This document shows positions 26,313-38,864 of a DNA stretch of 64,000 nt, in pieces (positions within the stretch are counted from its first letter, which is position 1; every line of letters begins with the position of its first letter). This DNA comes from Squalus acanthias. Its lineage: Eukaryota. The translations under genes and the position numbers were made by a program. Where the stretch lies: NCBI GenBank assembly GCA_030390025.1, contig CM059437.1, positions 19,654,001 to 19,718,000 on the forward strand. The letters are read 5' to 3'. The notes beneath the pieces are model-generated. The model did no database searches. It had not been told where the DNA came from and saw only the letters and a list, made by a program, of their open reading frames with translations.

Positions 26313-27739
26313 AACAAAGAAAGCCCCCAATATGGCAATAATTTCCCATTTAGTGCAGGATTTGGGATTTGGTTTCTTATGCTTTATTCACCCTCCCCAA
26401 TCGTCCTGCTGATCTGAAATACATTCTTCTGCTGCATAATGGGTACAGTTGTAGCATGATAACATAATTTCATTATTTAACTTCTATGTATGGGTTTATG
26501 TACAGCTACTGCATAGATATCATGTGCTGTATTTGAACACCTCAAAATGTAGTTTTAATCTGAACTGACTGAGCCACTGACTGTGCGTATTGCAACTTGC
26601 CTGATCAGATCCTTGTGAAAGCTGCAAAGTATTTCCTTCCAACTCTGTTATATTGTTAAACCCAGGCTCAGCCACTGCACATAAAATGTTATCTGTGCAA
26701 TAGAGGCTTATCTAAAATTCAAAATGAATTCACAATCGCCTTTGTGCACAAATAAATGCCATGGTGTCACTGAACTTTCACTAGATGACAGCTTGAGTTA
26801 CGTAATCTGATTCCCACTGACTCACACTGTAAAAGGGCTCAAAATATTTATGAATCTTATTGAGAATTGATTCTCTTTGCACATCCTTGACAGGTTATGA
26901 TAAGCGCCCAAGGACATATTCTCTGACACAACTGAATATGAACTAGAATTTAAACCACATTAACTCTTCGAAGACTGCATTAGCAACACAAATTAAAATA
27001 TTGGGCTGCGTGAAGAAGTGCTGAACGGAGGCATGGCACCACATAGGAAGAGGTAAGGAAAATCAGAGGGCAAGTCAGTTAAGACCACTCAAGCAATTTC
27101 CAATGATTAGTTACAGAGTGGCATCTGCAGAGATTTAGGAATAAACTCTGGGCAAAAAAATAGTGGGTGCATGGGGAAAGGGGATCCAAAAGGAAGGGAA
27201 AAAAGTAATTTAACAAAGGGAGAGTAGAATGCATAAGTTTTATGAATAATTCTAAAATACATTAATATAGATTTTCTGTGGCATTAATTAGGAGTAGTGT
27301 GGGACTATGCTGTAGCATAAACCTGATTGGAGTTCACCCATTGCTGTAATACAATTAATTTACTGAGGCAATATATCACATGGCTGACTCAAGATAAAAA
27401 TAGTGTACCTTATTGATACTGAAAGAGAATGGCATCACATATATTTGTAATACTAATAACCTACAACTTTCGATATATTTGTAATACTAATAATCTACCA
27501 CTTTACAAAACTTGCTCAAGATCTGTATATCTTTGTTTATTCTTTTCTTCTCAAAATCTATTTCCAGATATTTATATTCTAAAATATATATTTTTTGCTC
27601 TGCCTCCCATGGTGGATTTGTAGTATTTACTTAGGATGCAAATACATTATTCATTTTGTCCTCCTCCCTCCTCAAAACCTTACTGTTTTTTCTTAGTTAC
27701 TTACATGATTATACAAGATTTTTTTTTAATTCTCTTAAC

Positions 27740-28358
27740 TCCGTGAAAATGGCATCTCGCTATCTGGCTCACCATTGAAATACATTGAATGACGTGAAGT
27801 TCCTGTACTTGCACGGTAGATACGGAGTAAATTCACCACAGAAAATTAAGTCTTATCAAAGTATCTTTGAACAATGTGATAAGTGTTAAATACTGCAGTC
27901 AACCTATCTGGCACCTAACATTAAATATTACAAGTGTGGAGTCTCATTCTTTCAGAATTTAACTGTTGTTGGAGATTTATAAAATGTAAAATTTAAAATT
28001 AAAAAAATAAAATTTAAGTTTTTCTTTCTGTCTCTTTTTTTCTATCTCTTAATCCAATCTTTCTTTCCCTCTCTTAATTTCTCTGTGTGCCTGATTTGAC
28101 ATTGAATTCACCCATTCCAACTTACACTTACTTCTCAGTCCTTGTGCTGTTAATTTCACAATCTGAGTGGTTAAGGAGATACCCTGTTGGTTGCTGTATT
28201 CACTCAGGTCCCAGATGCCTGGTTTCTCTCGCTGTGACGTTATCAGCTCGCACTTTCAGCAACATGCCACGCAAAATTTTTAAAAAGCTAAATGTGTAAG
28301 GGCAAGTCTAACTAACGGCAGTTGCCGTTAGATGCCCTGCCACAGCAAATTATGGCCC
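27740..28358. mobile_element. Probable MITE (right TIR only recognised)
   Basis: Ends gcaaattatggccc like the other MITE termini; subterminal palindrome taacggcagttgccgtta; left end uncertain. Confidence 0.4.
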
Positions 28359-28504
28359 ACTATATTAATATTTACAATGTAATTTCAAGACCTAAGCATA
28401 TAACATTTTCCTTGTCAAGCCACCATGGAAGTAATATACTGAAAAACTCCAGCAAAAGTTAGTTAAGCATAATCTCCTGTTTCTAAATTCCTTCTGGTTA
28501 TCTT

Positions 28505-28885
28505 TTATCAAGCTGTGCTTTTCCAATTTTCCCTCCTCGTATGTTGGATTCAGCCCAGATTCCTCCAGTACCCCATCTAAGTGAATACACTTTATGTATG
28601 AGCCTGGACATTATCAGTAGGCTATTTGACCATGTGGACCATCAAAACCAAGTCTACCCAATGTCGTCACTTGCACATTTCCAGCAGAGGTCATTGGAAA
28701 GTGAGCAGGAGAAAATTCCAAGTAATTTACCCCTCTCTAGGCTAGGGGCACTGGAATCCATTTTAACACCTCTAGCATTTCCGGGCTAACATAATTCAAA
28801 AGATATCAGGCATCAAAACTGGAATCCTCTTGGTCAATATGGTTCAGTACCTCACCACCGGGTATATTTACCCCTTGAAGCATCA
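28505..28885 (-). mobile_element. LF-SINE-like SINE
   Basis: tatgagcctggaca...ggctatttgacc...tttccagcagaggtcattgga. Confidence 0.6.
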
Positions 28886-29794
28886 GAGAGCTCCTTCCCA
28901 GTGTTTCAAGCTGAAAGAGATTTTAGGATCAATTTCTAGAAGCAGTAGAGGACTGCAGATGTGCTTTTTAATGGAAGACAGATGTGAGGTGGAGAATGTT
29001 TACTTGAACAGAGAGATGAATGGGTGTAAATCACAAGAACATTTTTTCTTTACTTAATAAATTAATAAATTGGATAGATGAATTTACATCAAGCTGTCCC
29101 CAAAGAAATCTGTTAAGTAGTTGGCTTAAGCTAGCGTTTTCTTAATTTGCAAATGATGCCCTCTTGTCCTACAATTCTAATTCATTTTAAATATTCCAGC
29201 TTCTAGTTGCATGGAATTTTTTTTTTTTTAAAAAACAATCTGATTTCACTTAAATATATATTTTTACATCAATATCATAAACTCGCTAGCCTCCATTTCA
29301 TTCATACACAATCTTTTCTTCAAAATTCCTCCCCACCCCATTTTAAATGTTATTTTTCTCTGTTATCCCCACGTGGTCCACACATCATTTTCTCAGCCAC
29401 TGGGCTCTAAGCAGCATGCTATTTTTTTTTATCAAAGTCGATTTGTAACTACTCTCTACACAGGGAGGGAGACAAAGACAGTTTGCAGTACCTGCTTTAC
29501 AATCTTTGCTCCCTCTTGCTGGGGAAGCACTGAACCTCTGCATGATATGGTTGAGACTGCAGAATTGCAAATGATGGAGCACTGGAAGAAGTGAGATTTT
29601 GTTTTGCGGAAAATAGATACGCGAATCCCAAACTTGTTGAAAGTGATTCAGAGTGGTGATTCTTGTCAAGGCATAAGTGAATTAGATTAATTGTTTCCAT
29701 GTATTAATGAAGCAACTGTATATATTAATGTGGTAGTTATATATTGGTGAGGCCGAGGTGAATTAAAGTGAGCATCCGAAGATTATGGAATTTA

Positions 29795-30176
29795 GAGTCC
29801 CACTCCAGAGACTTGAGCCCATTACCTTGGCTGACACTCCAGTACAGTACCGAGGGAGTGCTGCACTGTTGGCGGTACCATTTTTGGATGAGGCGTTAAA
29901 CTGAGGCTCCGTCTTCCCTGTAACGTGGATTTAAAACATTTGGGGAGTTCTCCTGGTGTCCTGGCCAACATTTATCCCTCAATCAACATCACTAAACCAG
30001 ATTATCTGGTCATTTATGTCATTGCTGTTTGTGGGCTCTTGCTCTCTGCTAATTGCCTGCTGTGTTTCCCTATATTACAGCAGGTTCTATACTTCAAAAG
30101 TGCTTCATTGCCTGCGAAGCACTTTGGGATGTCCTAAGTTTGTGAAAGATGCTATATAAAAGCAAGTCTGTACTTT
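29795..30176 (+). mobile_element. Deu-domain SINE just upstream of the TMEM101 promoter
   Basis: cccactccagagacttgagc...gagggagtgctgcactg...cctggccaacatttatccctcaatcaac...gctatataaaagcaagtc. Confidence 0.8.
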
Positions 30177-30499
30177 CTTAGTGCTCAGTATGCAGCTCTT
30201 TTCAAAATAATCCTATTATTTTTTCTGTCCCTTTTTAATTAGCTACTGACTTGTAGTATATAAATTATATGTTGTTATTCAAATTATAATTTCATTATTT
30301 TGCAAGTTGATTAAATTGAAACCTCCACCAGGTCCTAACAGAAAATCAGGGAACTGTTCGGTGCAAGATTCACAGACTGACCATAAACCCATTTAAACAC
30401 ATGTTTTTTTTAAAAAAAGTGACGGACAAGAGAATAGATTATATTTAAAAATAAATTGAGTAAGATTTAGTTAGTGAGCCAACAAATATTTAAAAGCTG

Positions 30500-30870
30500 A
30501 GGAGTGTGCCGCAGAACCAATGATTGTGCTGCTGGCGAAGGGCGGGCGGGACGCGGGACGCGGGACGCGGGACCCGGCGCTGGGTTTCCGGCCGGAGTTG
30601 TGTTGTCGACGGGCGGCTCGCTCAGCAATGGCGCTGGAGCCTCGCAGGCGGCTCTTCAAAGTCCTGATGCGCTTCGGCGCCATCATCCTGACCCGCTTCC
30701 CTTTCTGGAACTGCTTCAGCATGTTGATGCTGTTCGCCGAGCGGGCCGACCAGCGCAGGTGAGTGTGGCCCAGGGCGGCTGCGGGGCAGAGCTCGGGAGA
30801 GAGGAGGAGCCGGAGCCGGGGCCTGGGGCCTGGGGCCCAGGGGGGGGAATCCGGCCTCTCCATCAACAAG
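30500..30870 (+). promoter_or_regulatory. TMEM101: CpG-island promoter of TMEM101
   Basis: Sharp GC/CpG-rich island in AT-rich DNA. CCAAT 30517-30521, GGGCGG boxes 30540-30549, (GGGACGC)x3, ETS-type TTCCGG 30586-30591, all directly before the ATG at 30628. Confidence 0.8.
30628..30758 (+). CDS. TMEM101: TMEM101 coding exon 1
   Basis: MALEPRRRLFKVLMRFGAIILTRFPFWNCFSMLMLFAERADQR matches the TMEM101 N-terminus (LTRCPFWGCFSQLMLYAERAE in human); donor AG|GTGAGT; 131 nt, phase 2. Confidence 0.93.
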
Positions 30871-31399
30871 CGCTTTATCCCGGTTTTCCTTCATCCTCCG
30901 TGTCTCTTTGTCACGAGGACTAAATATTATATATATATATATTTTTTTAAAAACTCGCAGAATTGTTAATGCTTCGAGTTGTAGAAACAGATAAAATTAC
31001 TCGAAAACTTGACATTCTCCATTTCGAACAGGGAATTTCTGTGAAAGGCGATGGCTTGTTTTCCCCCGCCCCAAAGATTGTTTAATGAATTTAAAATGAG
31101 ATTGCACCAAAATGTCCAGCTGCCACATAGCGTTGCCATGGGAACAGTTGGCCGTGCAGCTCCTCATCCGACATGATCCATCGCCAACTCTTGATTCACC
31201 ACCAATTTAAAAAAAAATCCAATTTATTCCTACATTTTACATGTGACTTTTCCTGCTCTGCTGATCCCTCAGTGGGTTTGCACAGCAGCAACTTCACTGT
31301 TCATGGGCACGCAAATGTCTTGAACATTAGAAAGATAAAACAGGATGTCAGGGAGAAGGGAAATGGGTTTTGTTGCACTGAAGCATGGTTGAAGAGAAG

Positions 31400-31940
31400 G
31401 GATATAAATGCAGGTTGTTGCTGACATTGGGTTGGGATTTTCAAATCCCCCATGGCCTCGCCCCTCCCCATCTCTGTAACCTCCTCTAACCTTGCAACCA
31501 ATGTTCTGTCTAATTTCTTCTTGGGTGTGCAGTCCCTTTAACTGGCTCATTAAAATCTTAGCACATGCACGGTTTCTTGCATTGAAAAGCCGGTGAGCGG
31601 CCTTTGCAGGACCTCCATACCGCTGTGCAGCTGATTACAACCCTCTGAGATCTCTGCGCTCCTCCAATCTGGCCTCTTGTGCATTCCCGATTTTAGTCGT
31701 TCCACCATTGGTGGCCGTGCCTTCAGCTGCCAAGGACCCAAGCTCTGGAATTCCCTCCCTAAACCTCTCCACCTCTCTCCTCCTTTAAGACGTTCCTTAA
31801 AATCTACCTCTTTGACCAAGCTTGTGATCATCTGCCCTAATATCTCCTCTGTGGCTCCCTTGTTTGATAACGCACCTGTGAAATGGCTTGGGACGTTTTA
31901 CTACATTAAAGACACTATATAAATAGAAGTTGTTGTTGAA
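31400..31940 (+). mobile_element. L2 LINE 3' end (TMEM101 intron 1)
   Basis: STIGGRAFSCQGPKLWNSLP...LKSTSL is the L2 ORF2 C-terminus; (TTG)n tail. Confidence 0.8.
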
Positions 31941-31973
31941 GAAGGAAATTGTCACTCATTCAGATGAGTGTGT

Positions 31974-32767
31974 GGTCGGAATTTTAATCTGGAGGTGGGT
32001 AGGGAGCGGGGAGGCTAGAAAGCGGTCGGAAAACCCGGGAGAACGAGTTTCCCGCAGGCCCTGCCGAATTTAACGGCAGAGCCTGATTAGCATCTCAAAG
32101 CTCTGTTTCCTGCCCGCTGCCAGTCAGATGGAGAGGCTGCTTGGCTGTTGGGCGGGTAGGCCTGCATCACTAGGCCACAGAGAGGAGCGGGGGTCAGAGG
32201 AGGATCGAGGGGTGCGTGGTCAGGGGCCACCGGAGGATCGGGGCCGGAGGATGATCGGTGGTTGGGGACCGGTGGAGGATCGGGGGCTGGAGGGGGCGGT
32301 TGGATGACCGGCAAGGCGATTGGGGGCTGTTGTGGGTGGGGAAGGGGCCGAGGATTGAAGGCCGGGGGTGGGGGGTGGGGGTGGGGGAGATTGGAGGCCT
32401 TGGTGGGGAGGTCGGGGGAGATTGGAAGGGTCGACGGGGTGGATGAGGCAGGGGCGCTCGATCCAGCAAGTAAGTGGAAAGGCACTTACCTCCTGGATCC
32501 AGCAGTCCTTGCCCGAGGCCAGGGATACCCTACCAGCTAAAGTTAAACTTGAAATGGTGGATCACCATGAGGCATGCCAGCCTCATTATAATATTTAAAT
32601 GGGCGACCCGCCTCCTGTGAACGACTTGGCTGCCTGCCCTCCATCCTGCCTCCCTTAAAACTAGAAATGGATGGGTTGGAGGCAGGTTGGTATCGGGATT
32701 CAGTTTTTAACTCTTTACCCTCCCACCCGACCCCAACTCACCCATTGTTTTGGGTTAAAATTCCCCC
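31974..32767. mobile_element. MITE with G-rich interior, inserted at the head of an LF-SINE-like copy
   Basis: Termini ggtcggaattttaa / ttaaaattccccc, flanked on both sides by TGT (3-bp TSD candidate). Confidence 0.7.
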
Positions 32768-32769
32768 TG

Positions 32770-33150
32770 TGTGTGAACCAAACTGGCCAGGAAGGCCCTA
32801 GTTACTATCGCCGGTCTGTGCTGAGTTAGCTGATTTAAGATGGGGAGGTAGTAGGGGCCTCAATGACTCCTTTGTTAGTGGAGGGGAAAATTAACTGGGG
32901 TTCCGGTTCCTGCTCCTGATTGTTATTTAGTGACTTTTGCTGGAAAGTTTGTGCATGTTGATGTTGCCTGATGATAGATGCTGTGCAGCCCCCACTAACA
33001 GCCTGTCATACCTTCTGTGCTGTATCATTCTATGATTCTAACTAGGCTTATGCGTGAAGAATTGCTACTCGTGTGATTAGGGCTGTCAGTGCCTATGGAA
33101 TTGCAGCTCGGCTTGAGTCACCACAGTCAAGAAAGGATATGAAATTGGAA
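32770..33150 (+). mobile_element. LF-SINE-like SINE
   Basis: ccaggaaggccc...ggtctgtgctgagttagctgat...ggaggggaaaatt...gctggaaagt. Confidence 0.7.
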
Positions 33151-33726
33151 ATTTAAATAAAGTTGCAAAATATTTATAAGATATTATTTTGTCAATTGCT
33201 AATATTTGGTAGTTGAGATAGGAATAATGAAGACTTATTGTTGTGAAGCCTCCACCTCCTTAATGGGAGGTGGGGTGAGGCCAGCCTTATGAAAAATGCT
33301 TACTGGATATTGCTGTTCTCAGGAGCATTTTGCAATGTAAATTTTCAAAAACTGAGTCCCCCAGCTTAAAAGTATTGAACATAAAATGCTGCCTCTTTAT
33401 TCTGTCAGCTATTTGTGGTTGTGTGCAACAGCTGCACAAGAACAGCAGTATTCCGGACCAAAACACTTGTTCCTTCACTGTGTAATGTTTACACATTTCT
33501 AGATTAGTTTGAGGTAGTTCTTGACTTTTTTCCAAGGAGTATAAATTGCTCTTTGCATATTGTAACACTTCTAACTGGCAATGCTGTACGCTATAAATCT
33601 GCTCTGGAACTGTCTTCAGTTCCGCTACCTCTGTTGTTTTTAATTTAGTGCCTATAACCTTTAATCTCAGGAGGATGACAAATAACAGGCTCCAGATGGT
33701 TAGGTGAATTTTTGGAAAAAGAAATA

Positions 33727-34484
33727 GGGCCATATTTTGCGACCCCCTACAGGTGCGTACGAGGTGCGCGTGCGCCCGTAGGGGCCGCGCAAGTTCCGGG
33801 TTTAGGCACGTGAAGCGCATACGCTAAAACCCGGCACTTGCGATCTGTCAAGAATCTTCTTGACAGATCCTCTGCATCCCCGGGAGAAGGGCCTCTGCGG
33901 GTGGAGAGTTGCGCTATTTGCCCAACTTCCACCCGCTGAATGCCTGTGAAATTCTTACGCCTGGTAGCGTAAGGCCTGCTTTTACCAGCATAAGAGTTTT
34001 AAAAAGATAGAAAAATAAAATTTTATCACTCATTTATGCATTAAAAACATTGTCCAATAAGGTAAGTTTATTTTTAGCCCTATTAAATCATAATTTATTT
34101 TTTGGAAAAAAAATTAATTTGGTCTAAAATATTTAATTAAATACATATTTAAAAGAAAATTGGCTTTAATTAATTTTAGTTATTTCATGTGTTCGTGTAT
34201 TTTTTAAGTGATCCCCATTCATCCTTATGGGGATTCCGTACGGACGGAACTCCCATAAGTATGAATGGGGATTCCCTTTTATTGTTTGAGCCGGCCCACG
34301 TGATCCCAGGGGCGCTTGCGAATCACATGCGCCCCTGGGATACTTGGGCCTCTGCCTGCGCGTACCCGGAGAGGCCCAGGATCATAAGTCTCCGTACCTC
34401 CCGGGCCACCAGGTAAATGCGTAGGTTTTTTTACAGGTCGGAGGCATCCGACCGCGGGAAGCCTCCGATCGCAAATGTTGGGCC
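33727..34484. mobile_element. Harbinger-type MITE with 3-bp TSD (ATA)
   Basis: ata|gggccatattttgcga ... tcgcaaatgttgggcc|ata; CpG-rich arms, AT-rich centre, internal hairpin 34211-34272. Confidence 0.8.
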
Positions 34485-34899
34485 ATAGACTTGGATCTTT
34501 TTTGGCAAGCACAGATCAGGGGGTTGAAATTGCATCTTCCAGATTTCTATGGCTTAGTACCAAGGCATGCAGTGCATTTAACCACACGGCCATAGTTACT
34601 ATATTGGGCACTTATTAGTTATTTCAAATATATTTAGTTATAGATGCAAAAAGTATGCTACCTAATGTGTATTAAAAAGAGTAGACTTTATTCAGGGTTC
34701 AAGTATGTTGGCTGAATACAGCATGGGAGTAATGTGACCACTGTAAGCTAAAGCCTGTTGGTACATTACCCACAGGATGTGCAGTGTTAATCAGTGTGAA
34801 ATCAGACAACTTTTGGACTATTGGGGAGTGGAGTGATGGCTAAAATTTGCACTGAGGGATGAAGAATCATTAAATTCTTCATACAAGTTGTATCTTTTT

Positions 34900-35290
34900 C
34901 CCTCCACCCTCAAACTTTCTCCCCATCCCTCCTGAAAGCACTGACTATTGCTCTGTCAGCCTTCTAGTCCCTTCCCAAAGAATTTCTTCTTTGTATGTGA
35001 GCTTCAACGATGAGTGTGTTGGTAGGCAATTTGGCAGTGGAGGAATCTGAGCAGAGCCAAATCTTGGCCTCACCTGATAGGCACATTATGCACATTTTAA
35101 CCAGGGTCTCTGGACCACACTCGAGCAGGAACTTCGATGATTTTTAAATTTCTTTCTTTTTTTTACATTTGCCTCGCCCAAGGATGCTGTTGTGATTTCT
35201 CATTGCTGCTTTGGCAGAGATCAGTTCACTCACAGAAACTTGACCTGTATAGGTCAGTACTATACCATACATTGCACTGATCTGCTAAGC
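34900..35290 (-). mobile_element. LF-SINE-like SINE (degenerate)
   Basis: cctcctgaaagcactgact...ttctttgtatgtgagc...gagatcagttcactcacag. Confidence 0.55.
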
Positions 35291-35857
35291 CAATGGGGGA
35301 AGGCACCGACTTGTACAAACCTTCGGGGAAGCATGACTGAGATGCACTTTCTATTTGCAGTGAGTTCGTTAGAAGTAAACTCAAATTTTCCAGGCTGCTG
35401 CGACTGATGGGATGTCTCCCTGGAGCACAAGAAATTTAACCTCACTCATTTAATATGGACAAGCAGGCTACCAAGTTCTGGTAACAAGACTGCTGTTATT
35501 GAGGCAAAGACAGTCATCTGAGATTAGGTTGCATTGCGCACTCAATACTGATGTAGGTGGTGTTGGTACTTCCTATGCTGCCGATGGAACCTGAGAGTTG
35601 TAGTCTTAAACTAATTCTCAGTATTCTGGTTAGTGATTTGCTTGAATGGATTACAATTTTGTGAAATTCAGTCTATAAATAATACCTTTATCTAAGGATG
35701 TTCAAGTAATTTTTTTTTTACTACCATGGATGTCAGGAATTGCGTTGAAAATTGACTGGTTTACGCAGAAAGGGCTTAACAGCCACTTCAAATGCACATC
35801 TAGATTTTTGTTTGCTTGTTTTCCAGTGAAAGTGACGTCCTTATGCCTTCTCTTTAG

Positions 35858-36038
35858 GAAGCCGGATATTCCAGTGCCGTACCTCTATTTTGATATGGGT
35901 GCTGCAGTTATCTGTGCCAGTTTCATGTCCTTTGGAGTGAAGAGGAGATGGTTTGCTTTGGGGGCTGCCCTTCAATTGGCTGTTAGCACGTATGCATCAT
36001 ACATTGGAGAACAAGTGCATTATGGCGATTGGCTCAAG
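35858..36038 (+). CDS. TMEM101: TMEM101 coding exon 2
   Basis: tctttag|G AAG CCG GAT: KPDIPVPYLYFDMGAAVICASFMSFGVKRRWFALGAALQLAVSTYASYIGEQVHYGDWLK; donor AAG|GTAAGA; 181 nt; phase fits exon 1. Confidence 0.96.
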
Positions 36039-37386
36039 GTAAGAAAAACAAAATTGTTGGTGTTCTGTACGAATAAACTGTGTGTAAAGGTAGGATCCTA
36101 CTGCAAGTGCAGCTTCCAGTCTGCACCACTGTACAAATCCAGATGGCAAAAAGTAATTACATTTTGGTGTAATTCTGTTGCATATACTAATGTCTGCCAT
36201 GGAATAATTACTGTAACGTTTCATCTAACTCTTTACTCACAGGAGAGAAAATTCAAGGGTGCAACCTCTCAGATTGTTCAGACTAGGGCTTAGTTACAGA
36301 GTAGAATTGGCACAACCCTGGGATTGAGTTATATTCTCATTGCACACCCTTGGCTGGGGATGGTCTTTGGTGTTGGGAAAGCTGATGAGGAAGAGGGGAA
36401 TATATTAAATCCCAAAATATATAATCACCTAGTAAGGTAGGTTTGGCTGCTAGATCGCTAACTTAACACCACATGGCAAATTCGAGCTCTGTTATAACCT
36501 ATTAACTCGCATATAGACCTCACCTTTGCAAAACAAAATCAGTTTGAGTCGGGGTGTGGCCTACATACAAGTTATTTTAATTCCAGGTTTTATGGGTATA
36601 GGGGAGAGGAGGAGGTTCGAGTTTGGGGTATGGCCTATATTGGTGTCAGTATTGTAATAGATTTTGAACTTTAATTTTTGTTCTCTTAACCAGGGCTATG
36701 ACTTCATGCTCTTCCAATATATTTTTTCTTTATTTCCTTCCCTTTCATAACCACCTGAATCACACATCCTAAGCTATAGCAGAGAGGACAGGTAGGTAAC
36801 TGCGGCCATCTCTACCAATTTCTATGGCCAGCTGAGATAGTGAGGGAGGGAGGGGGCTTATGGGGTGACTAAAGTGTGATTTGAGGTGGACTTTACTCTT
36901 GGTCATTAATGTGTACATTGCATTCATTTTGTGCATCTGCTGATGAAGCAGATAAAACCAAATATAGATTGGAGAATACCTAGATAATGTTAAACCACTC
37001 CCCAACACACGCAAAACTGAAGGGTTTCAGAGGCTGCTTACCCATGAAGAAGATTTTCAGAAAAAAATGCACTTCTTATCAAATAATATTTGAAGTTTAT
37101 TTTTTAATAACGTTAATGTGCAAAGTATTTGAGAGCTTTACTTCACTTGCCCCACCTGAACTCCCTCTTAAAAAATAGCAGTTTCTCCTCCAAAAATAGC
37201 AGTGACTCCTTCGGTCCCCCTATTCCACCAAAACAGGCACATTTCAGTACAAAATAACATTTTGTTGGAAGGGTGAATTTCAACTGGATTGAACATGGAG
37301 TTTATACCTGGTTCACATTTTTAATTTTATTAGGGTAGAATGTGTTTGAGATTCATTGGATTTCAAAGATGTGCCACAACCCGATT

Positions 37387-37830
37387 CATAAGAACATAAG
37401 AAATAGGAGCAGGAGTAGGCCATTCGGCCCCTCGAGCCATTCAATAAGATCACGGCTGATCTGATCTTGGCCTCAACTCCACTTTCCTGCCTGTTCCCCA
37501 TAACCCTAGACTCCCCTGTAGCTCAAATATCTGCCAATCTCCGCCTTGAATATATTCACTGAATCAGCCTCCACAGCTCTCGGGTAGAGAATTCCAAAGA
37601 TTCGCGACCCTCTGAGAGAAGAAATTCCTCCTCATCTCCGTCTTAAATGGGTGACCCCTTATCCTGAAACTGACCCATTTATCCTGACTCTCTGTTTTCT
37701 GTTAGTTAGCCAATCCTCTATCCATGCTAATATATTACCTCAACACCGTGAGCTCTTCTCGTGTGCAGTAACCTTTTATGTGGCACCTAATCGAATGCCT
37801 TTTGGAAATCCAAATACACTACATCATCTG
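37387..37830 (-). mobile_element. CR1 LINE 3' fragment (TMEM101 intron 2)
   Basis: cataagaacataagaaataggagcaggagtaggccattcggcccctcgagcc, the typical antisense CR1 3' end; internal deletion. Confidence 0.8.
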
Positions 37831-37992
37831 GGCAGTGATTGAGTTCTGATTTTAGATACATTTTTGAGCTAGTGTGGCATTTTACTATTTGATGAGGTTC
37901 ACGATTCAAATATTTTTGATACTAGATTGATGAAGGAACAAAAAAGTCAGTACGTAGATGAAGTATATAAATAAGCATTTTGAATCCCACAG

Positions 37993-38139
37993 GTAAGAAT
38001 GTATTCCAGAACTATAGCCGTTATTGGAGGATTTCTGATTTTAGCGAGTGGTGCTGGCGAGGTGTATCGGCAGAAGCCGCGCACGAGGTCATTACAGTCA
38101 ACTGGACAAGTGTTTCTTGGCATCAACCTTATTTGTGTG
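37993..38139 (+). CDS. TMEM101: TMEM101 coding exon 3 (missed by the ORF track)
   Basis: cccacag|GTA AGA ATG: VRMYSRTIAVIGGFLILASGAGEVYRQKPRTRSLQSTGQVFLGINLICV; donor GTG|GTAAGT; 147 nt, phase 0-0. Confidence 0.95.
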
Positions 38140-38174
38140 GTAAGTAATTGACCTTACTGACACTTTAAAAAAAA

Positions 38175-38357
38175 GGAAAGTCTTGCATTTATATAGCACC
38201 TTTCATGACCTCTGGATGTCCCAAAGCGCTTTACAGCCAATGAAGTACTTTTTGAAGTGTAGTCACTGCTGTAGTGTAGGAAATGCAGCAGACAATTTGT
38301 GCTCAGCAAGCTCCCACAAACAGCAATGTGATAATGACCAGATAATCTGTTTTAGTG
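38175..38357 (-). mobile_element. Deu-domain SINE tail fragment (TMEM101 intron 3)
   Basis: cttgcatttatatagcacctttcatgacc...cccacaaacagcaatgtgataatgaccagataatc. Confidence 0.8.
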
Positions 38358-38864
38358 AACTACAGCTAACTTTGGTCATAAAGTAAGCATGCTTATCTCT
38401 ACAGTCACAAACTATAATAAAAAAAATTTGCACTAGTAACTATTTTCTATGCATAGCAATGTTGTATTGGTGTGCTATTGATGAAGATCAGGAGGCCATC
38501 AGTGCTATTTGGATGTGAGAGGTTACAAATTTCAGCTTTGCACTGTAGCTTCAGAGTGGCAACATCTGCATTTTTTTGGGAGTACAAATTTGGAACCAGT
38601 ACTAGTCTAATTCTTCACATCTCCGCTCTCTGCACTTTTCCCCCATCCCCGAAAACCTTCTCCCCCATCCCCCCGAAAGCCTATCAACAATGCAAAATGG
38701 CATTTGAGGTGGTTTTTGGGCTGAGATAGCATACTATAGCTGTGCTTTGCTATTCACAAGAACATACACCAGTTATAAAAGATGGCAGTTTAAGTTTTGT
38801 ATCATTTACACTGTACTTTATTTTCAAGTTGTGGAATCCTAATTGTATGGTATTTAATCTACAG

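Noticed and set aside
30520-30627. In-frame upstream ATG extending TMEM101 by 36 aa
   Set aside because: The ATG overlaps the CCAAT box and precedes the GC boxes, so it is probably upstream of the TSS; homology begins at the 30628 Met.
32087-32598. Pro-rich and Gly-rich ORFs
   Set aside because: These are translations of the G-run array inside a MITE.
33287-33820. 177-aa minus-strand ORF
   Set aside because: It straddles a MITE boundary, has no recognisable domain, and is antisense within the TMEM101 intron.
35730-36293. 187-aa ORF as a stand-alone gene
   Set aside because: It is TMEM101 exon 2 plus open intronic flanks.
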